Below, one piece after another: positions 1 to 10,215 of a stretch of DNA of 64,000 bases. The stretch lies in NCBI GenBank assembly GCA_965228855.1, contig CBDDIJ010000002.1:1440001-1504000 (forward strand), in the 5' to 3' direction. The stretch's first letter is position 1, and each line of letters starts with the position of its first letter. Under the pieces are notes generated by a model, which did not search any database, had not been told where the DNA came from, and saw nothing but the letters and a program-made list of their open reading frames with translations. The translations under genes and the position numbers were made by a program. Source of the stretch: Candidatus Obscuribacterales bacterium. Lineage in GTDB: Bacteria; Cyanobacteriota; Vampirovibrionia; Obscuribacterales; Obscuribacteraceae.

Positions 1-2025
1 GGTGGCACCAACATGGTGCGCGCGGCATACAGCTCCGGCAAACCGGCTCTGGGCGTAGGCTCAGGAAACACACCGGTTTACGTACACAAAAGCGCGAACA
101 TAAGCTCCGCAACCATAGACATCATTATTTCGAAAACATTCGATAACGGCACTGAGTGTCCGTCTGAGCAAACGCTCGTCATCGACCGCGAGATTGCCCA
201 ACCCATGCTTGCCGAGTTCAAACGGCTGGGCTGCCACGTTTGCACAACTGAAGAAACAGCCAAGATCGCCGACGCTGTCATCGATCCAAAAACGGGCGGC
301 ATGAACTACAAGATGGTCGGACAACCGGCTAACTTCATTGCCGAACAAGCAGGCGTACAGGTAGCGCCGCGTACAAAAATGATTTTGTGCCAGCTGGAAG
401 GCGATCTTCGCACGCACAAGCTAGCTGTTGAAAAACTGATGCCTGTTCTCGGTTTTGTGATCGTGGATTCTGTTCAGGCGGGTCTCAACCGCGCGCTGGA
501 CATCAACTACGCTGGCGGCACAGGTCACACAGCCGGTATCTTCAGTCAGGATGAAGATGTCATTGAACAGTTCTCGTTGGCGATCAACGCTGGTCGCGTT
601 ATCGTTAACTGTCCCACCTCCATCGGCGGCTTGGGTGGCGTTTATAACAATTTGACCACCACTCTGAGCTTCGGTTGCGGAACAGGTGGCGGCAACATCA
701 CTTCCGACAATGTAAGCATCAAGAATTTGATGAACTACAAGCGTGTGCCTCGCCGGAAAAATCAGACGATGACCTTCCAGACCACGAAGAACATCTACAT
801 CAATCCGGGAAGTATCGATCACCTGAGAGATTTGGAAACAAGAAACGCCATAATCATCACTTCGCGTTCTGCCGCTCGTCGTGGCCATCTGGCGATGGTC
901 ATGGAAAGGATGCCGGCCGATTGTCGGGTTGATGTATTCAGCGATATAGGTGTGGAGCCGGACTTCCAGGAAGTTCAGAAAGCTGCCGCCGCCATGCGCG
1001 CCAGCCAGCCGGATACGATTGTCGCTCTGGGCGGCGGTTCCGTGCTCGATGCCGCGAAGGCGATCCGGCTCTTCTACGACTATCCGGAGATAAACCAGAA
1101 AGATCTGGCGGTCAACTTCCTCGACTTCCGCCATCGAATTTTTGAATTTCCGAAGACGCAGAAAACCCAGCTCGTCTGCATTCCAACGACTTCGGGAACA
1201 GGGTCGGAAGTCACTCCGTTTGCTGTAGTGACGGATACGGAGAAGAACAGGAAAGTCTCGCTTGTCGACGAAGTTCTGCTTCCAAACGTAGCAATCATCG
1301 ATGCCAACCTGACGCGCAGTTTGCCGACCGAGATAACGCGTGATACCGCATTCGATGCACTCACTCATGCGCTCGAAGCGCTCGTTTCGACCTACTCTTC
1401 CGACTATACGGATGGTCTGGCGCTCGAAGCTATGCGCCTCATCTTCGAGGCTTTACCCGAAGTTTTGAAGAAGCCGAACGAAGTTGTCTGGCGGCACAAA
1501 CTGCACAATGCGGCATGTCTGGCCGGCATGGCGATCGGTAACGCCTCCGTCGGTCTGAATCACGCGATGGCACACAGTATCGGAGCTTACTTCGACATCC
1601 CGCACGGTAGAGCCAATAGTGCTTTGCTGCTCACGACCGTCGACTACAACTCGCGCGTGCCTAACAAGTTTATCTCCGTCGCAAATTATCCTATCTGGAT
1701 TGCCGACAAGAAATACGCACGGGCTGCGCGCTTCCTAGGTCTCGTCGATAAGAATGCAGGTCCGGAAGGTTCGCCCGAGGAAGTTGAGGCAGCGGTGGCC
1801 GCTCTCAAGAAGGCGATTCTCGAACTCGGTTTGTCGACCGGGCAACCGCTTTCAATCGCGGAGTTGGGCGTACCGCTGGACAAATTCCAGGAAGCGATTC
1901 CAACGCTCGCCGTAATGTCCTTCGAGGACATGGCGTTGAAGACCAACCCGTGCTATCCGCCGGGAGAGGACATCGTGAATCTGCTCATCAGCTCCTATCC
2001 GCCCAGAGTGCCGGTTGCACAGTAA
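1..2025 (+). CDS. adhE: Bifunctional acetaldehyde-CoA/alcohol dehydrogenase (5' end outside window)
   Basis: Frame open from base 1 (GGTNMVRAAYSSGKPALGVG). ALDH motif SKTFDNGTECPSEQ, linker GCGTGGGNITSDNV, Fe-ADH motifs GGGSVLDAAK, IPTTSGTGSEVT, DALTHALEA, HAMAH, PHGRAN. Confidence 0.95.
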   Translation, partial: GGTNMVRAAYSSGKPALGVGSGNTPVYVHKSANISSATIDIIISKTFDNGTECPSEQTLVIDREIAQPMLAEFKRLGCHVCTTEETAKIADAVIDPKTGGMNYKMVGQPANFIAEQAGVQVAPRTKMILCQLEGDLRTHKLAVEKLMPVLGFVIVDSVQAGLNRALDINYAGGTGHTAGIFSQDEDVIEQFSLAINAGRVIVNCPTSIGGLGGVYNNLTTTLSFGCGTGGGNITSDNVSIKNLMNYKRVPRRKNQTMTFQTTKNIYINPGSIDHLRDLETRNAIIITSRSAARRGHLAMVMERMPADCRVDVFSDIGVEPDFQEVQKAAAAMRASQPDTIVALGGGSVLDAAKAIRLFYDYPEINQKDLAVNFLDFRHRIFEFPKTQKTQLVCIPTTSGTGSEVTPFAVVTDTEKNRKVSLVDEVLLPNVAIIDANLTRSLPTEITRDTAFDALTHALEALVSTYSSDYTDGLALEAMRLIFEALPEVLKKPNEVVWRHKLHNAACLAGMAIGNASVGLNHAMAHSIGAYFDIPHGRANSALLLTTVDYNSRVPNKFISVANYPIWIADKKYARAARFLGLVDKNAGPEGSPEEVEAAVAALKKAILELGLSTGQPLSIAELGVPLDKFQEAIPTLAVMSFEDMALKTNPCYPPGEDIVNLLISSYPPRVPVAQ

Positions 2026-2080
2026 CGAAACAGTTTTATCGCACTGCCGATGGTGATAGTTTAAGTCAAGGAAAAAAATT

Positions 2081-2404
2081 ATGTCAGCGAAAAGCACGGA
2101 CAAAGGTACCAATTACGAAACGGTTCGAATCATGGGATCGCTGGATCGTTCCATCGAAGAAGCGGACCGTTTGCTGGCTGCGGACAAAACCGATGTACTT
2201 CTCGATTTCTCCGCGTGCACATTCATCACCGTCGATGGTCTCGAATGGCTTGAGGAACTGCTCCTTAGAGCTGAGTCGAAGAAGCATTCGGTTATCTTCG
2301 AGAGTATTCCGCCAACCGTGTACAAGGTGTTCAAGGTTTCGCACATCGCGCCGATACTAAAAGCGTGCGGCGGACCGACTCTTCCCAACGGACCCGTCTG
2401 CTAA
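2081..2404 (+). CDS. STAS-domain protein (anti-sigma factor antagonist-like)
   Basis: 107 aa with STAS-like pattern VLLDFSACTFITVDGLEWL...PTVYKVFKVSH; AAGGA upstream. Confidence 0.7.
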   Translation: MSAKSTDKGTNYETVRIMGSLDRSIEEADRLLAADKTDVLLDFSACTFITVDGLEWLEELLLRAESKKHSVIFESIPPTVYKVFKVSHIAPILKACGGPTLPNGPVC

Positions 2405-2604
2405 GTATTCAACAAACTTGCACTTCGACCATTCTGGATTATTCGCTAATCCGTCGCTCATTACTTGACGGGGCGGGATGTTAGAGCCAGAAAGGTCACC
2501 GAAACACATCTGAATTGCTATACACCGTCAAGAGGATGGGGACCGCAGGTTGCAGCGATTTTCCGCACCACGCGTCTGGTAAATTTTCAACTGTTAGGAT
2601 TGTG

Positions 2605-3654
2605 ATGAGTAAGCTAACAAACGCCACTAAGGACTCGATGACCGAAACTGGGATGAGCCGTTCAACTTCCGGCGACGAGCTGCAACAGGCCGCGATTCAA
2701 ACATTCGATCTATGCAAGTCGTTTGGTGATCGGCAAGTAGTCGACCATCTCAATCTCAAGATCTATCCCGGTGAGCTTTATGCATTGCTGGGCGACAACG
2801 GGGCAGGCAAAACCACCACCATCGGAATGCTGACCACGCTACTCAAGCCGACGTCAGGGACATTTTCGATTTGCGGATTTGACGGGCGTAAACAGCCGGA
2901 GAAGGCCAAGGGCATGTTCGGGATAGTGTCCCAGGACATAGCCATTTATCAGGAATTGACTGCTTATGAAAATTTGAAATTTATCGCTGACTTGCATGGT
3001 ATCAAATCCGGTATCGCGAACGAGCGGATAAAGGACCTGCTTCAGCGTGCGGGCTTGACGGACAGGGCGCACGATCGTGCCGGCGTTTTCTCTGGTGGCA
3101 TGCAGCGCAAGTTGACGATTGCAGGAGCTCTCCTGCACTCACCCAGAGTCCTGTTTATGGATGAACCGACAGTCGGGCTCGACCCAGCCTCGCGGCGCCA
3201 AATCTGGGAGTCGCTAAAAGAATTTCGCGCGATGGGCGTGACTATTTTGCTGACGACGCATTACCTGGAAGAGGCGGAACTGCTCGCCGACCGCATCGGC
3301 GTTTTCCGAGAAGGGCGACTGGTCGCGGAAGGCACCATCGAAGAGCTTCGCCATCAGATACGTGGAATTCGCGGAATCGCGGTGCGCCTGACCGAGTGGC
3401 ACGATAGCGAGCGAATCGAAAAGATGATGGCTGAAATTCGCACTCTGTTCGGAGAAGCGAATTTCGACCATCTGCGAAATACAATCAATCTTTCACAGCC
3501 TGGTGATGGAGAGCTGGTCAACACCCTGCAGCGCGTCCTCGCCTGGCTCTCAGACAACAAGATTTCGTTCTCACGATTTGCGACCAGCGAACCGACTCTG
3601 GAAGAGGTTTTTCTTGCCATCTCCACCGATGCGAATCAAGGAGGGGCGGTTTAA
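2605..3654 (+). CDS. ABC-2 type exporter ATP-binding subunit (DrrA/NodI-like)
   Basis: Walker A GDNGAGKTT, signature FSGGMQR, Walker B LFMDEPTVGLDP, TTHYLEEAE, C-terminal PTLEEVF. Start uncertain. Confidence 0.93.
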   Translation: MSKLTNATKDSMTETGMSRSTSGDELQQAAIQTFDLCKSFGDRQVVDHLNLKIYPGELYALLGDNGAGKTTTIGMLTTLLKPTSGTFSICGFDGRKQPEKAKGMFGIVSQDIAIYQELTAYENLKFIADLHGIKSGIANERIKDLLQRAGLTDRAHDRAGVFSGGMQRKLTIAGALLHSPRVLFMDEPTVGLDPASRRQIWESLKEFRAMGVTILLTTHYLEEAELLADRIGVFREGRLVAEGTIEELRHQIRGIRGIAVRLTEWHDSERIEKMMAEIRTLFGEANFDHLRNTINLSQPGDGELVNTLQRVLAWLSDNKISFSRFATSEPTLEEVFLAISTDANQGGAV

Positions 3655-3662
3655 ACCGAGAT

Positions 3663-4706
3663 ATGAGCGCAATTCTAGCTATCGTAAAAAAGGATGTGTT
3701 GCAGTGGACCCGGCGCCCGCTCTACTTCTTCTCAAGTGTCCTGCTCGGGGTTCTTATTCTTACACTGCTAGGTAATACCATATCTGGAGTCGCTGAGATG
3801 CCGTTTGGTTTGTACGATCCCGGCAATGTGAGCGAGCTGGATAAGCAGCTTGAGGCGTCGAAAAAATTTCGCGTCATAAAGTACGACAGCTTAGACGGCG
3901 CAAAAAATGCGTTGAAAGACGGAAAGATCGTCGCGCTTGCAAACGTCGACCAGGACCTTCTCGAGGACTCCGTGCAGATCATCAGCGAAGGCTACAATCC
4001 GCTCGTCGATGACCAAATTTCAATGGGATTGCTGAATGCGTTAACTCAAAAGTCTGGTGATCTCAGTTTGCCGATTTCCTCTAGCACGCTCTTCCCCGTG
4101 AAATTCGATTTGCGCGACTACATGACTCCCGGTCTGGCAGCCTATCTCTGCTACGTGTTGGCCTGCATGAATCTGGGATTCTCCTGGATTTATGAGTGGA
4201 TGGAGAAGACTTATCGGCAGATCATTTTGACGCCTAATGGCTTGCGATCGGCGATTATCGCCAAGACCTTCACGGTCACTGTCGAAGCGTCGCTTGTACT
4301 CTGGCTTGCGCTTCTGGTCAGCGCACCGATGGCGGGATTTCAGATCGGGCAGAATATTCCAGGCATCATGGGTGTGACCGTCATAAGCATGTTTTGTTTC
4401 GCCTGCTTGGGTTTGGGTGTAGCCAGCTTGCTTCGAACAATTAGAATCTACACAATGACTATTTCGATTTTCGGAGTGGCCGTGATGTTTGTCAGCGGCA
4501 TCATAGTGCCTGTCGAGGGGATGCCACTCTGGGAGCAGTACTTCGCCAGAAGCTTTCCCATGTATTACGCCGCGGACGCATTCAAAGGTGTCATGCTCGG
4601 AATTCCGGCGCACTATGGTCTGGACGTTCTCGTTCTTACTGCGTGGGCAATAGTGGGAATGTCCATAGCCACTCTCTTACTGAAACACCGACAGGCGGCT
4701 CTTTAG
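3663..4706 (+). CDS. ABC-2 type transporter permease
   Basis: N-terminal TM, extracytoplasmic loop and several C-terminal TMs; 8 bp after the ATPase gene. Confidence 0.88.
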   Translation: MSAILAIVKKDVLQWTRRPLYFFSSVLLGVLILTLLGNTISGVAEMPFGLYDPGNVSELDKQLEASKKFRVIKYDSLDGAKNALKDGKIVALANVDQDLLEDSVQIISEGYNPLVDDQISMGLLNALTQKSGDLSLPISSSTLFPVKFDLRDYMTPGLAAYLCYVLACMNLGFSWIYEWMEKTYRQIILTPNGLRSAIIAKTFTVTVEASLVLWLALLVSAPMAGFQIGQNIPGIMGVTVISMFCFACLGLGVASLLRTIRIYTMTISIFGVAVMFVSGIIVPVEGMPLWEQYFARSFPMYYAADAFKGVMLGIPAHYGLDVLVLTAWAIVGMSIATLLLKHRQAAL

Positions 4707-4869
4707 AGCGTCCTGTTCAATTTTATAAATCCCCGCAAACGCCGACGGGGCGATCGGATCGGCACTTGCGTGACACTGGCACGCTATAACTCACTTGAGC
4801 AAATATTCTGTTTGCGATATATGTTTAAAAGGGACGTCCTCAGAAAGAGGCGATCGGTAGGTAACTCTA

Positions 4870-5535
4870 ATGTTCAACGGATTATTCGATAAGGCAGCGT
4901 TCAAATCGAAGGTGCGTGCGGTTTTTGCTGCATGTGTAATTGCATCGACCCTCAGTATCAATGTTGCGCAGGCGCAGGTTAATTCGTCGGGCAAAGCGAC
5001 CGTCGATAAGGTCAGTAATTTGTTCTCTGTTTGGACAGAGAGCTCCAATCAATCCGTGTCGCGTGAAGCGGCTGAGTTGATTGACTACAATGAGATGGCG
5101 GAGAAGGCTATGGGTGCGCATTGGGGGCATCTCAATCCGACCGAGCGCCGTCAATTCACGGCTACGCTCAAACACATAATCGAACAGCGATATTACAGGC
5201 GGTGGCATAAAGTTTTTGCTAAAGGAGAGCTCGCATACAAGTCGGAGGCACCGGTTGAAGGCGATTTATTCATCCGAACAGCACTGAATGTCGGTAGAAA
5301 GAATGATGTACTTATCTGGCGTTTGAGCAAAAGAAGTGGCTCTTACAAAGTGATAAGCATCGCAGTCGGCAAAAAGGATTTGTTAGCGCGTTTGCAAACG
5401 CGACTGGATGCACGCATGAAGAAGAAGGAGAGCTTCCAGCAGTTGCTTGCCTGGATGCGCGATGAATCTGATGTCGACGAAGACGAAGGCGTTCCGAAGA
5501 GTCACGCTATCTCAGCCATATCTCAGAAGAGCTGA
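4870..5535 (+). CDS. MlaC/Ttg2D-like periplasmic lipid-binding protein
   Basis: Signal peptide; IDYNEMAEKAMGAHWGHLNPTERRQFT resembles the MlaC pattern; C-terminal YKVISIAV. Confidence 0.65.
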   Translation: MFNGLFDKAAFKSKVRAVFAACVIASTLSINVAQAQVNSSGKATVDKVSNLFSVWTESSNQSVSREAAELIDYNEMAEKAMGAHWGHLNPTERRQFTATLKHIIEQRYYRRWHKVFAKGELAYKSEAPVEGDLFIRTALNVGRKNDVLIWRLSKRSGSYKVISIAVGKKDLLARLQTRLDARMKKKESFQQLLAWMRDESDVDEDEGVPKSHAISAISQKS

Positions 5536-5595
5536 GTATTTAAGCGTTAAAACCGCTTGCACTGGCCTGTGAGAAAGAAGTCTCTGTTTAAAAAT

Positions 5596-5623
5596 CGGGG
5601 AAACGCAGCTGTGCGTGCCCCGA
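5596..5623. terminator. Strong stem-loop downstream of mlaC-like gene (possible terminator)
   Basis: TCGGGG-AA-ACGCA-GCTG-TGCGT-G-CCCCGA flanked by A runs; no clear U tract on + strand. Confidence 0.35.
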
Positions 5624-5815
5624 AAATTTAATGCGCACCCCCCGGTTTCTCCCATTCCGTATCTATAAAGGTAATTGATAGAGTGGTTGACAAGGGGTAT
5701 TCGCGCGCCAGTACCGGCACGACAGGTTTCGCGACACTCGGGTACGGGCATAAATTTACTAAGAAAGTGCCATTCACTCACTGCATCACCAGACCAGTTG
5801 AGGAGTTAATAAGCC

Positions 5816-7930
5816 ATGGGCAGAACAAGGGCCGATCAGCCCGTCGCTGATGATCGTCAGTCAGGGCAGTCTCCGGAAGACACGCGTCTCGAGGCAAGCA
5901 GGACACTCCTGGCGGCGGCAGACAGTCAACCGCAGACCTGGTCGCGGAATGACGGTGGTCGCTACTACGATGTAGCGCAAAACGCACCTAACAACCCGGG
6001 GAATCAATGGGTCGACGTTCCGACCGTTGGTGGCGCAACGGTGCGCTTCGACCCCAGAGGTCAATTTGTCGATATCTACGGACCTAACCGAGAAAGCCTC
6101 GGTAGAACCAGATTGGAGCCTGGGCAGCCCACTCCGTTGCGAATCGGCAATCAAGAAATCTATGCCAATCCGAATGGAACAGTCGATGCGCGCACGCAGA
6201 ATGGCGGCTTCGAGCGCACATATCCCGGAGGCATGAAGGAGAACTTCCAGAAGGTCGGTGACAAGTATGTCATTCAGGACCGTAAGTTTCCAGATGGGTC
6301 TTACGAAAAGTACGCCGATGGCAAATTACAGGAGACGAATCACAAGGGCTTCATAACTAAGTTTGATGCAGCCGGCCATAAAACTGACGTGTCGACTCCC
6401 AACGGTGACAAGTATCACTTCAAGTATGGCGCAAATGGAAAAGTCGATAGCTACGAGCTGTCCAAGCGCAACGAGAAGGGCGAAAACCAGGTCGTGGAGC
6501 GGGCTTCTCGTGGAAGCGACGGTAATCTAAAAGTCGAACGCCGACAAGGTGACGGCACCATGAAGGTGGACGAGCGTTTGAAAGGGCGCGCAGATGTGGC
6601 TCTCCGAGCCGATCTTAAGCTCGATTATCTCGACAAAGACGGCTACGGTATGCCTGATTCGACCGGGCGTATGATCAAGCGCGACGATCGCACCGTGATG
6701 ATTCAGGCTAACGGAGCGGACGGGCGTCCGGTTGCGCATCCGGTCAATCCAATCCGATCGATAAGATATGCGGACGGTAGGCAGACAGATTATCAATACA
6801 GTTCGGACCGCGATCGCGCTCAAGGGCGACAGACAAGCGATGACGGGCTGAGCAGCTACACGATTAGAGACCGTAACGGCAAGGTCGTCGAATTTGCTCA
6901 GAAGATTCCGGACATCCCGGGAACCGAACGTCGAAACAGCACAGCCTGGTTCGAGTTTAAAGCTAAGCCAGGCGAGTCCCTTCCTGAGGATAAAGTCGCT
7001 CAGGTCAAAAGGCTGATGCAGTCTGCCGATCCATCGCTACCGCCGGAAGAGGCGCAGAAGCAGATGATGGCTAATCGCGCGGAACTGATGAAAACTCGTC
7101 CTATGTCGGAGTACATGCCCACTGTGAAGGGCCAGGAGACGACCAACGTCGCAATCGATCAGCTCTCAGGTCGACAGTTCAACCAGTACGCCAACGGTGA
7201 GGTGCGAGGTCGCAACGAGCGGGGATTGGAATTCAAACCATCGTACGATCAGAACACTGGTTCTCGATATGAAACCTATAATGACGGCACCACTTATAAA
7301 CGTACTTGGGATGCGGATCCTCGAATTCACCCGTTGCATCGCACGACAGTTACACGGGCGAACGCCGACGGCATAAATCGGATAGAGTTGCATCATTCGC
7401 GGCGCGACAACTCATTTATAAACGTCAATTACGACAAAGATGGACGCGTGCCACAGGACATAATCGTCACACCGCCTGGTGCACAGCCCGTGCGCATGGC
7501 TCCTGATGCATCTAATCCAAATACGTGGAATGAGTATTCTCGCGACGGAAACGGTTGGAAACCGACTGGCAGGTCGTTTCCGATGAGAGTAGACATGCTC
7601 GGTAAGGATTCTCATGTTACCCTCGACGGTCAGGCCGTCCCGCCAGGCAGCCTGGTGATAAGCCAGGGAGACAAACGCAGGTTAATCACTCCGGGTGGCG
7701 AAGAGTTTCTCGGTACCGTAGGTCGCACGCCCACAGAGATTGTGGCGGACCCGCAGAAAGCTTATCCTATTCCTGAGTTTCCCAATCGTCCTCAGCAGGG
7801 CGATCGGCGCCCTCCAGGGTGGACTCAACAGATTCCGCAGCAGCGACCAGACAGGCGGGCGCAGCCTGGACAGCCTCAGGTTCAGCCGCAAGATGACCCT
7901 CGCAGAAGAGTGCCACCGGTCCGCCGCTAG
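5816..7930 (+). CDS. Hypothetical protein, 704 aa, rich in short beta-hairpin-like repeats with P/Q-rich C-terminus
   Basis: Long ORF with GAGGAG RBS; recurrent (Y/F)xDG motifs; no recognised domain. Confidence 0.8.
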   Translation: MGRTRADQPVADDRQSGQSPEDTRLEASRTLLAAADSQPQTWSRNDGGRYYDVAQNAPNNPGNQWVDVPTVGGATVRFDPRGQFVDIYGPNRESLGRTRLEPGQPTPLRIGNQEIYANPNGTVDARTQNGGFERTYPGGMKENFQKVGDKYVIQDRKFPDGSYEKYADGKLQETNHKGFITKFDAAGHKTDVSTPNGDKYHFKYGANGKVDSYELSKRNEKGENQVVERASRGSDGNLKVERRQGDGTMKVDERLKGRADVALRADLKLDYLDKDGYGMPDSTGRMIKRDDRTVMIQANGADGRPVAHPVNPIRSIRYADGRQTDYQYSSDRDRAQGRQTSDDGLSSYTIRDRNGKVVEFAQKIPDIPGTERRNSTAWFEFKAKPGESLPEDKVAQVKRLMQSADPSLPPEEAQKQMMANRAELMKTRPMSEYMPTVKGQETTNVAIDQLSGRQFNQYANGEVRGRNERGLEFKPSYDQNTGSRYETYNDGTTYKRTWDADPRIHPLHRTTVTRANADGINRIELHHSRRDNSFINVNYDKDGRVPQDIIVTPPGAQPVRMAPDASNPNTWNEYSRDGNGWKPTGRSFPMRVDMLGKDSHVTLDGQAVPPGSLVISQGDKRRLITPGGEEFLGTVGRTPTEIVADPQKAYPIPEFPNRPQQGDRRPPGWTQQIPQQRPDRRAQPGQPQVQPQDDPRRRVPPVRR

Positions 7931-7934
7931 TGTG

Positions 7935-7989
7935 AAACGCAAGCGAGTGCCATCGTTTCGATACTAATGTGTAAACGCAAGCGAGTGCC
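7935..7989. repeat. 17-bp direct repeat AAACGCAAGCGAGTGCC x2
   Basis: Identical copies at 7935-7951 and 7973-7989 between convergent genes. Confidence 0.8.
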
Positions 7990-8074
7990 GCTAGTCCTTA
8001 AACCAGGTGCCACCAGTTTTACTTAGCCTAAACGCACGTAGTTGCCTCGGGCCGAGTTGCAGTCCATTGCTATG

Positions 8075-9958
8075 CTAGTGCCTTGATTGAGGTTGCGAAA
8101 TCGGCTCCGGCAGCGGTCGTTGCTCCGTCGATTGCTGCAAGTCCGTTTTCACCGACATCGGCTTGCCTGGCTCTTGAGCCGGCAAAGTGTTAGTCTCGAA
8201 CTCATCATCTTCGTCGGCAGTGACTGCCTTAATCGCATCTTGCGCTGCTTGATGTTCTTCTTTCGTCAACGACGCGGGTGTCACGTAACCAGGCTCGTGA
8301 GGTAGCAAGAGCTTAGGATTTTCGAGATGTGCCGGTGAATCATGGGCTTCTCGATGAAGCCATTCTTTCTTATAATTCCCTCGATCAGAAGGGCGGGCGA
8401 ATGAATAAGCACCGTCATCCGGCAGGTGTTTCTCAATATCGTCGGCATACTTGTTAATGATGTCGCGTGCAATGATGCGTTTCTCTTCCGGCAGCGATTT
8501 CAGCCAGGCATCGATATCTACCTGCTGCCACCACTTCGAATCACCATCCCAGCGGACGTATTTGAGCATGTCTTTGATGCCTTCGACCTTCAAGTTGGCT
8601 ATCAGGTCTTGAATCATCACGTATGTCTCTTTGTAGAACTTCAACTTCGTGACACCACGATCGTATTGTTTCGTCCAGACTTTAAATTGGCGCCGTGGAG
8701 GCGGGTTTGAGTTAGCTCCGACCCAACTGCAAATTCCTTCGATATAAGGATCGGCAAGTCTCGTATTGAGCAAGTGAATAAGTTCGTGCCCGAGACTATG
8801 GTAGTAGGCATCGGTTGTTTCATCATTTGCCATACAGATGCAAAACACTCCGCGCTTTTCATCAACCATCACCGTCTGGCATGAATTGCCGGTACGATAC
8901 ATGATGTACAGGCGCTTGATAGGCACTTTTGCAGCGCCAAACGTTTTCTGTGCATTTGCCAAAGTGTCATTTGCGAACTTATAAATTTGCGGATTGGTTA
9001 TGAATTCATAGCGTTTTTTCTTAACGCGCTTTTCCTTTGCTTTCTCCTTAGCTTCCAATATCTTTTGCTGTTTTTTATCCTCGGCTGCTCCAGCTTTGTC
9101 GCCAATTCTATCCCGCTCCATACCCCGGCATTCTCGTGGCCATGGGTCATCCGGAGCTACCTTGACGGCGCGATCGAAATCGCGCATGGCCGCTTTTGCA
9201 TCACCAAGTTCGCTGTGAAGCCTTCCCCGAGCACAGAGCACCGCTGAATATTCCGGATAGAGCGCTAAGGCTAAATCGAAATCTTTGAAGGCCGCGTCGG
9301 TGTTTTTCAGCACCAGCTGTTCGTTTCCACGCGCGAATGGAATGTATGCGTCCTTCTTGTCGTACTGAGCCGCCATGTTCAAGTCATCGATTGCGCCTTG
9401 CGTGTTCAACATGAGACCGCGGATGTATGCGCGTGCGCAATAGAGTTCCGGATTTTTGGGATCGAGTTCGATACCTTTGTCGTAGTTGACTAAAACCTCT
9501 TCTCGCTTTCCTCCGGCGGTTGAAATCCCTCTGCCTCTGGCCAGCCAGTATTCAGCATTGCTCGGCTCGTACTTAACAGCGAGATTGAAATCTTCGACAG
9601 CCTTCTTATGCTTCTCCTTATCTACGTAGACTTGCGCTCGTCCAAAATAAGCTCGTGCATTTTTCGGATTCAACTTAATCGCTTCGTTGAAGTCTGCCAG
9701 CGCGCCTTTTAAGTCACCAACGCGCGCTCTAGACATGGCTCTGTCGGTAAACGAATCGGAGTCTTTTGGTTCTGTGATGGCGAAGTAATCGTGAATGGGC
9801 GGTTCTGTCGGACGAGGTTTCGCACCGAGACCGAATGACGATTGCACCGCCAGTGGTGTCAGCCACCATAAAAGGCCGCTTGCGCACAGGATGCACACTA
9901 CCGACGTTACTATTGCGGTTTTGTACGAAGACGGAAGATTGTCAGGTCGGTCTTGCAA
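8075..9958 (-). CDS. Membrane-anchored TPR protein with C-terminal HExxH zinc-peptidase-like domain
   Basis: N-terminal TM; about 6-7 TPR units (e.g. ALADFNEAIKLNPKNARAYFGRA); GHELIHLLN...YIEGICS. Confidence 0.8.
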   Translation of the reverse strand: MQDRPDNLPSSYKTAIVTSVVCILCASGLLWWLTPLAVQSSFGLGAKPRPTEPPIHDYFAITEPKDSDSFTDRAMSRARVGDLKGALADFNEAIKLNPKNARAYFGRAQVYVDKEKHKKAVEDFNLAVKYEPSNAEYWLARGRGISTAGGKREEVLVNYDKGIELDPKNPELYCARAYIRGLMLNTQGAIDDLNMAAQYDKKDAYIPFARGNEQLVLKNTDAAFKDFDLALALYPEYSAVLCARGRLHSELGDAKAAMRDFDRAVKVAPDDPWPRECRGMERDRIGDKAGAAEDKKQQKILEAKEKAKEKRVKKKRYEFITNPQIYKFANDTLANAQKTFGAAKVPIKRLYIMYRTGNSCQTVMVDEKRGVFCICMANDETTDAYYHSLGHELIHLLNTRLADPYIEGICSWVGANSNPPPRRQFKVWTKQYDRGVTKLKFYKETYVMIQDLIANLKVEGIKDMLKYVRWDGDSKWWQQVDIDAWLKSLPEEKRIIARDIINKYADDIEKHLPDDGAYSFARPSDRGNYKKEWLHREAHDSPAHLENPKLLLPHEPGYVTPASLTKEEHQAAQDAIKAVTADEDDEFETNTLPAQEPGKPMSVKTDLQQSTEQRPLPEPISQPQSRH

Positions 9959-10215
9959 CTTGCCTCCAGGAATATCCAGGTCTGTTTAACTTCGAAAACA
10001 CAGTCGCATTTAGAGGAAGCTGGTAAACCCCTCCAGTCCGACATTTGCCAACTGTAGCAAAATTCGGGGTAATTGTGCTCCTGAATTCCCTTGAAAGCGT
10101 TCAACTTTGCCCGTTTATTCCTTGTTGAAAGGGGGCATTTTTCAATTTGGCGGCTTACACCGAGACCCGTGGGGTCCGTACCCTGAAAGCGCGTAAAGAG
10201 GCTATCGGAGAAGAG

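Noticed and set aside
421..1368. 315-aa antisense ORF in adhE (similar ones lie in gltA, the serine hydrolase and SNF2)
   Set aside because: Opposite well-conserved genes and without motifs; a typical codon-bias shadow.
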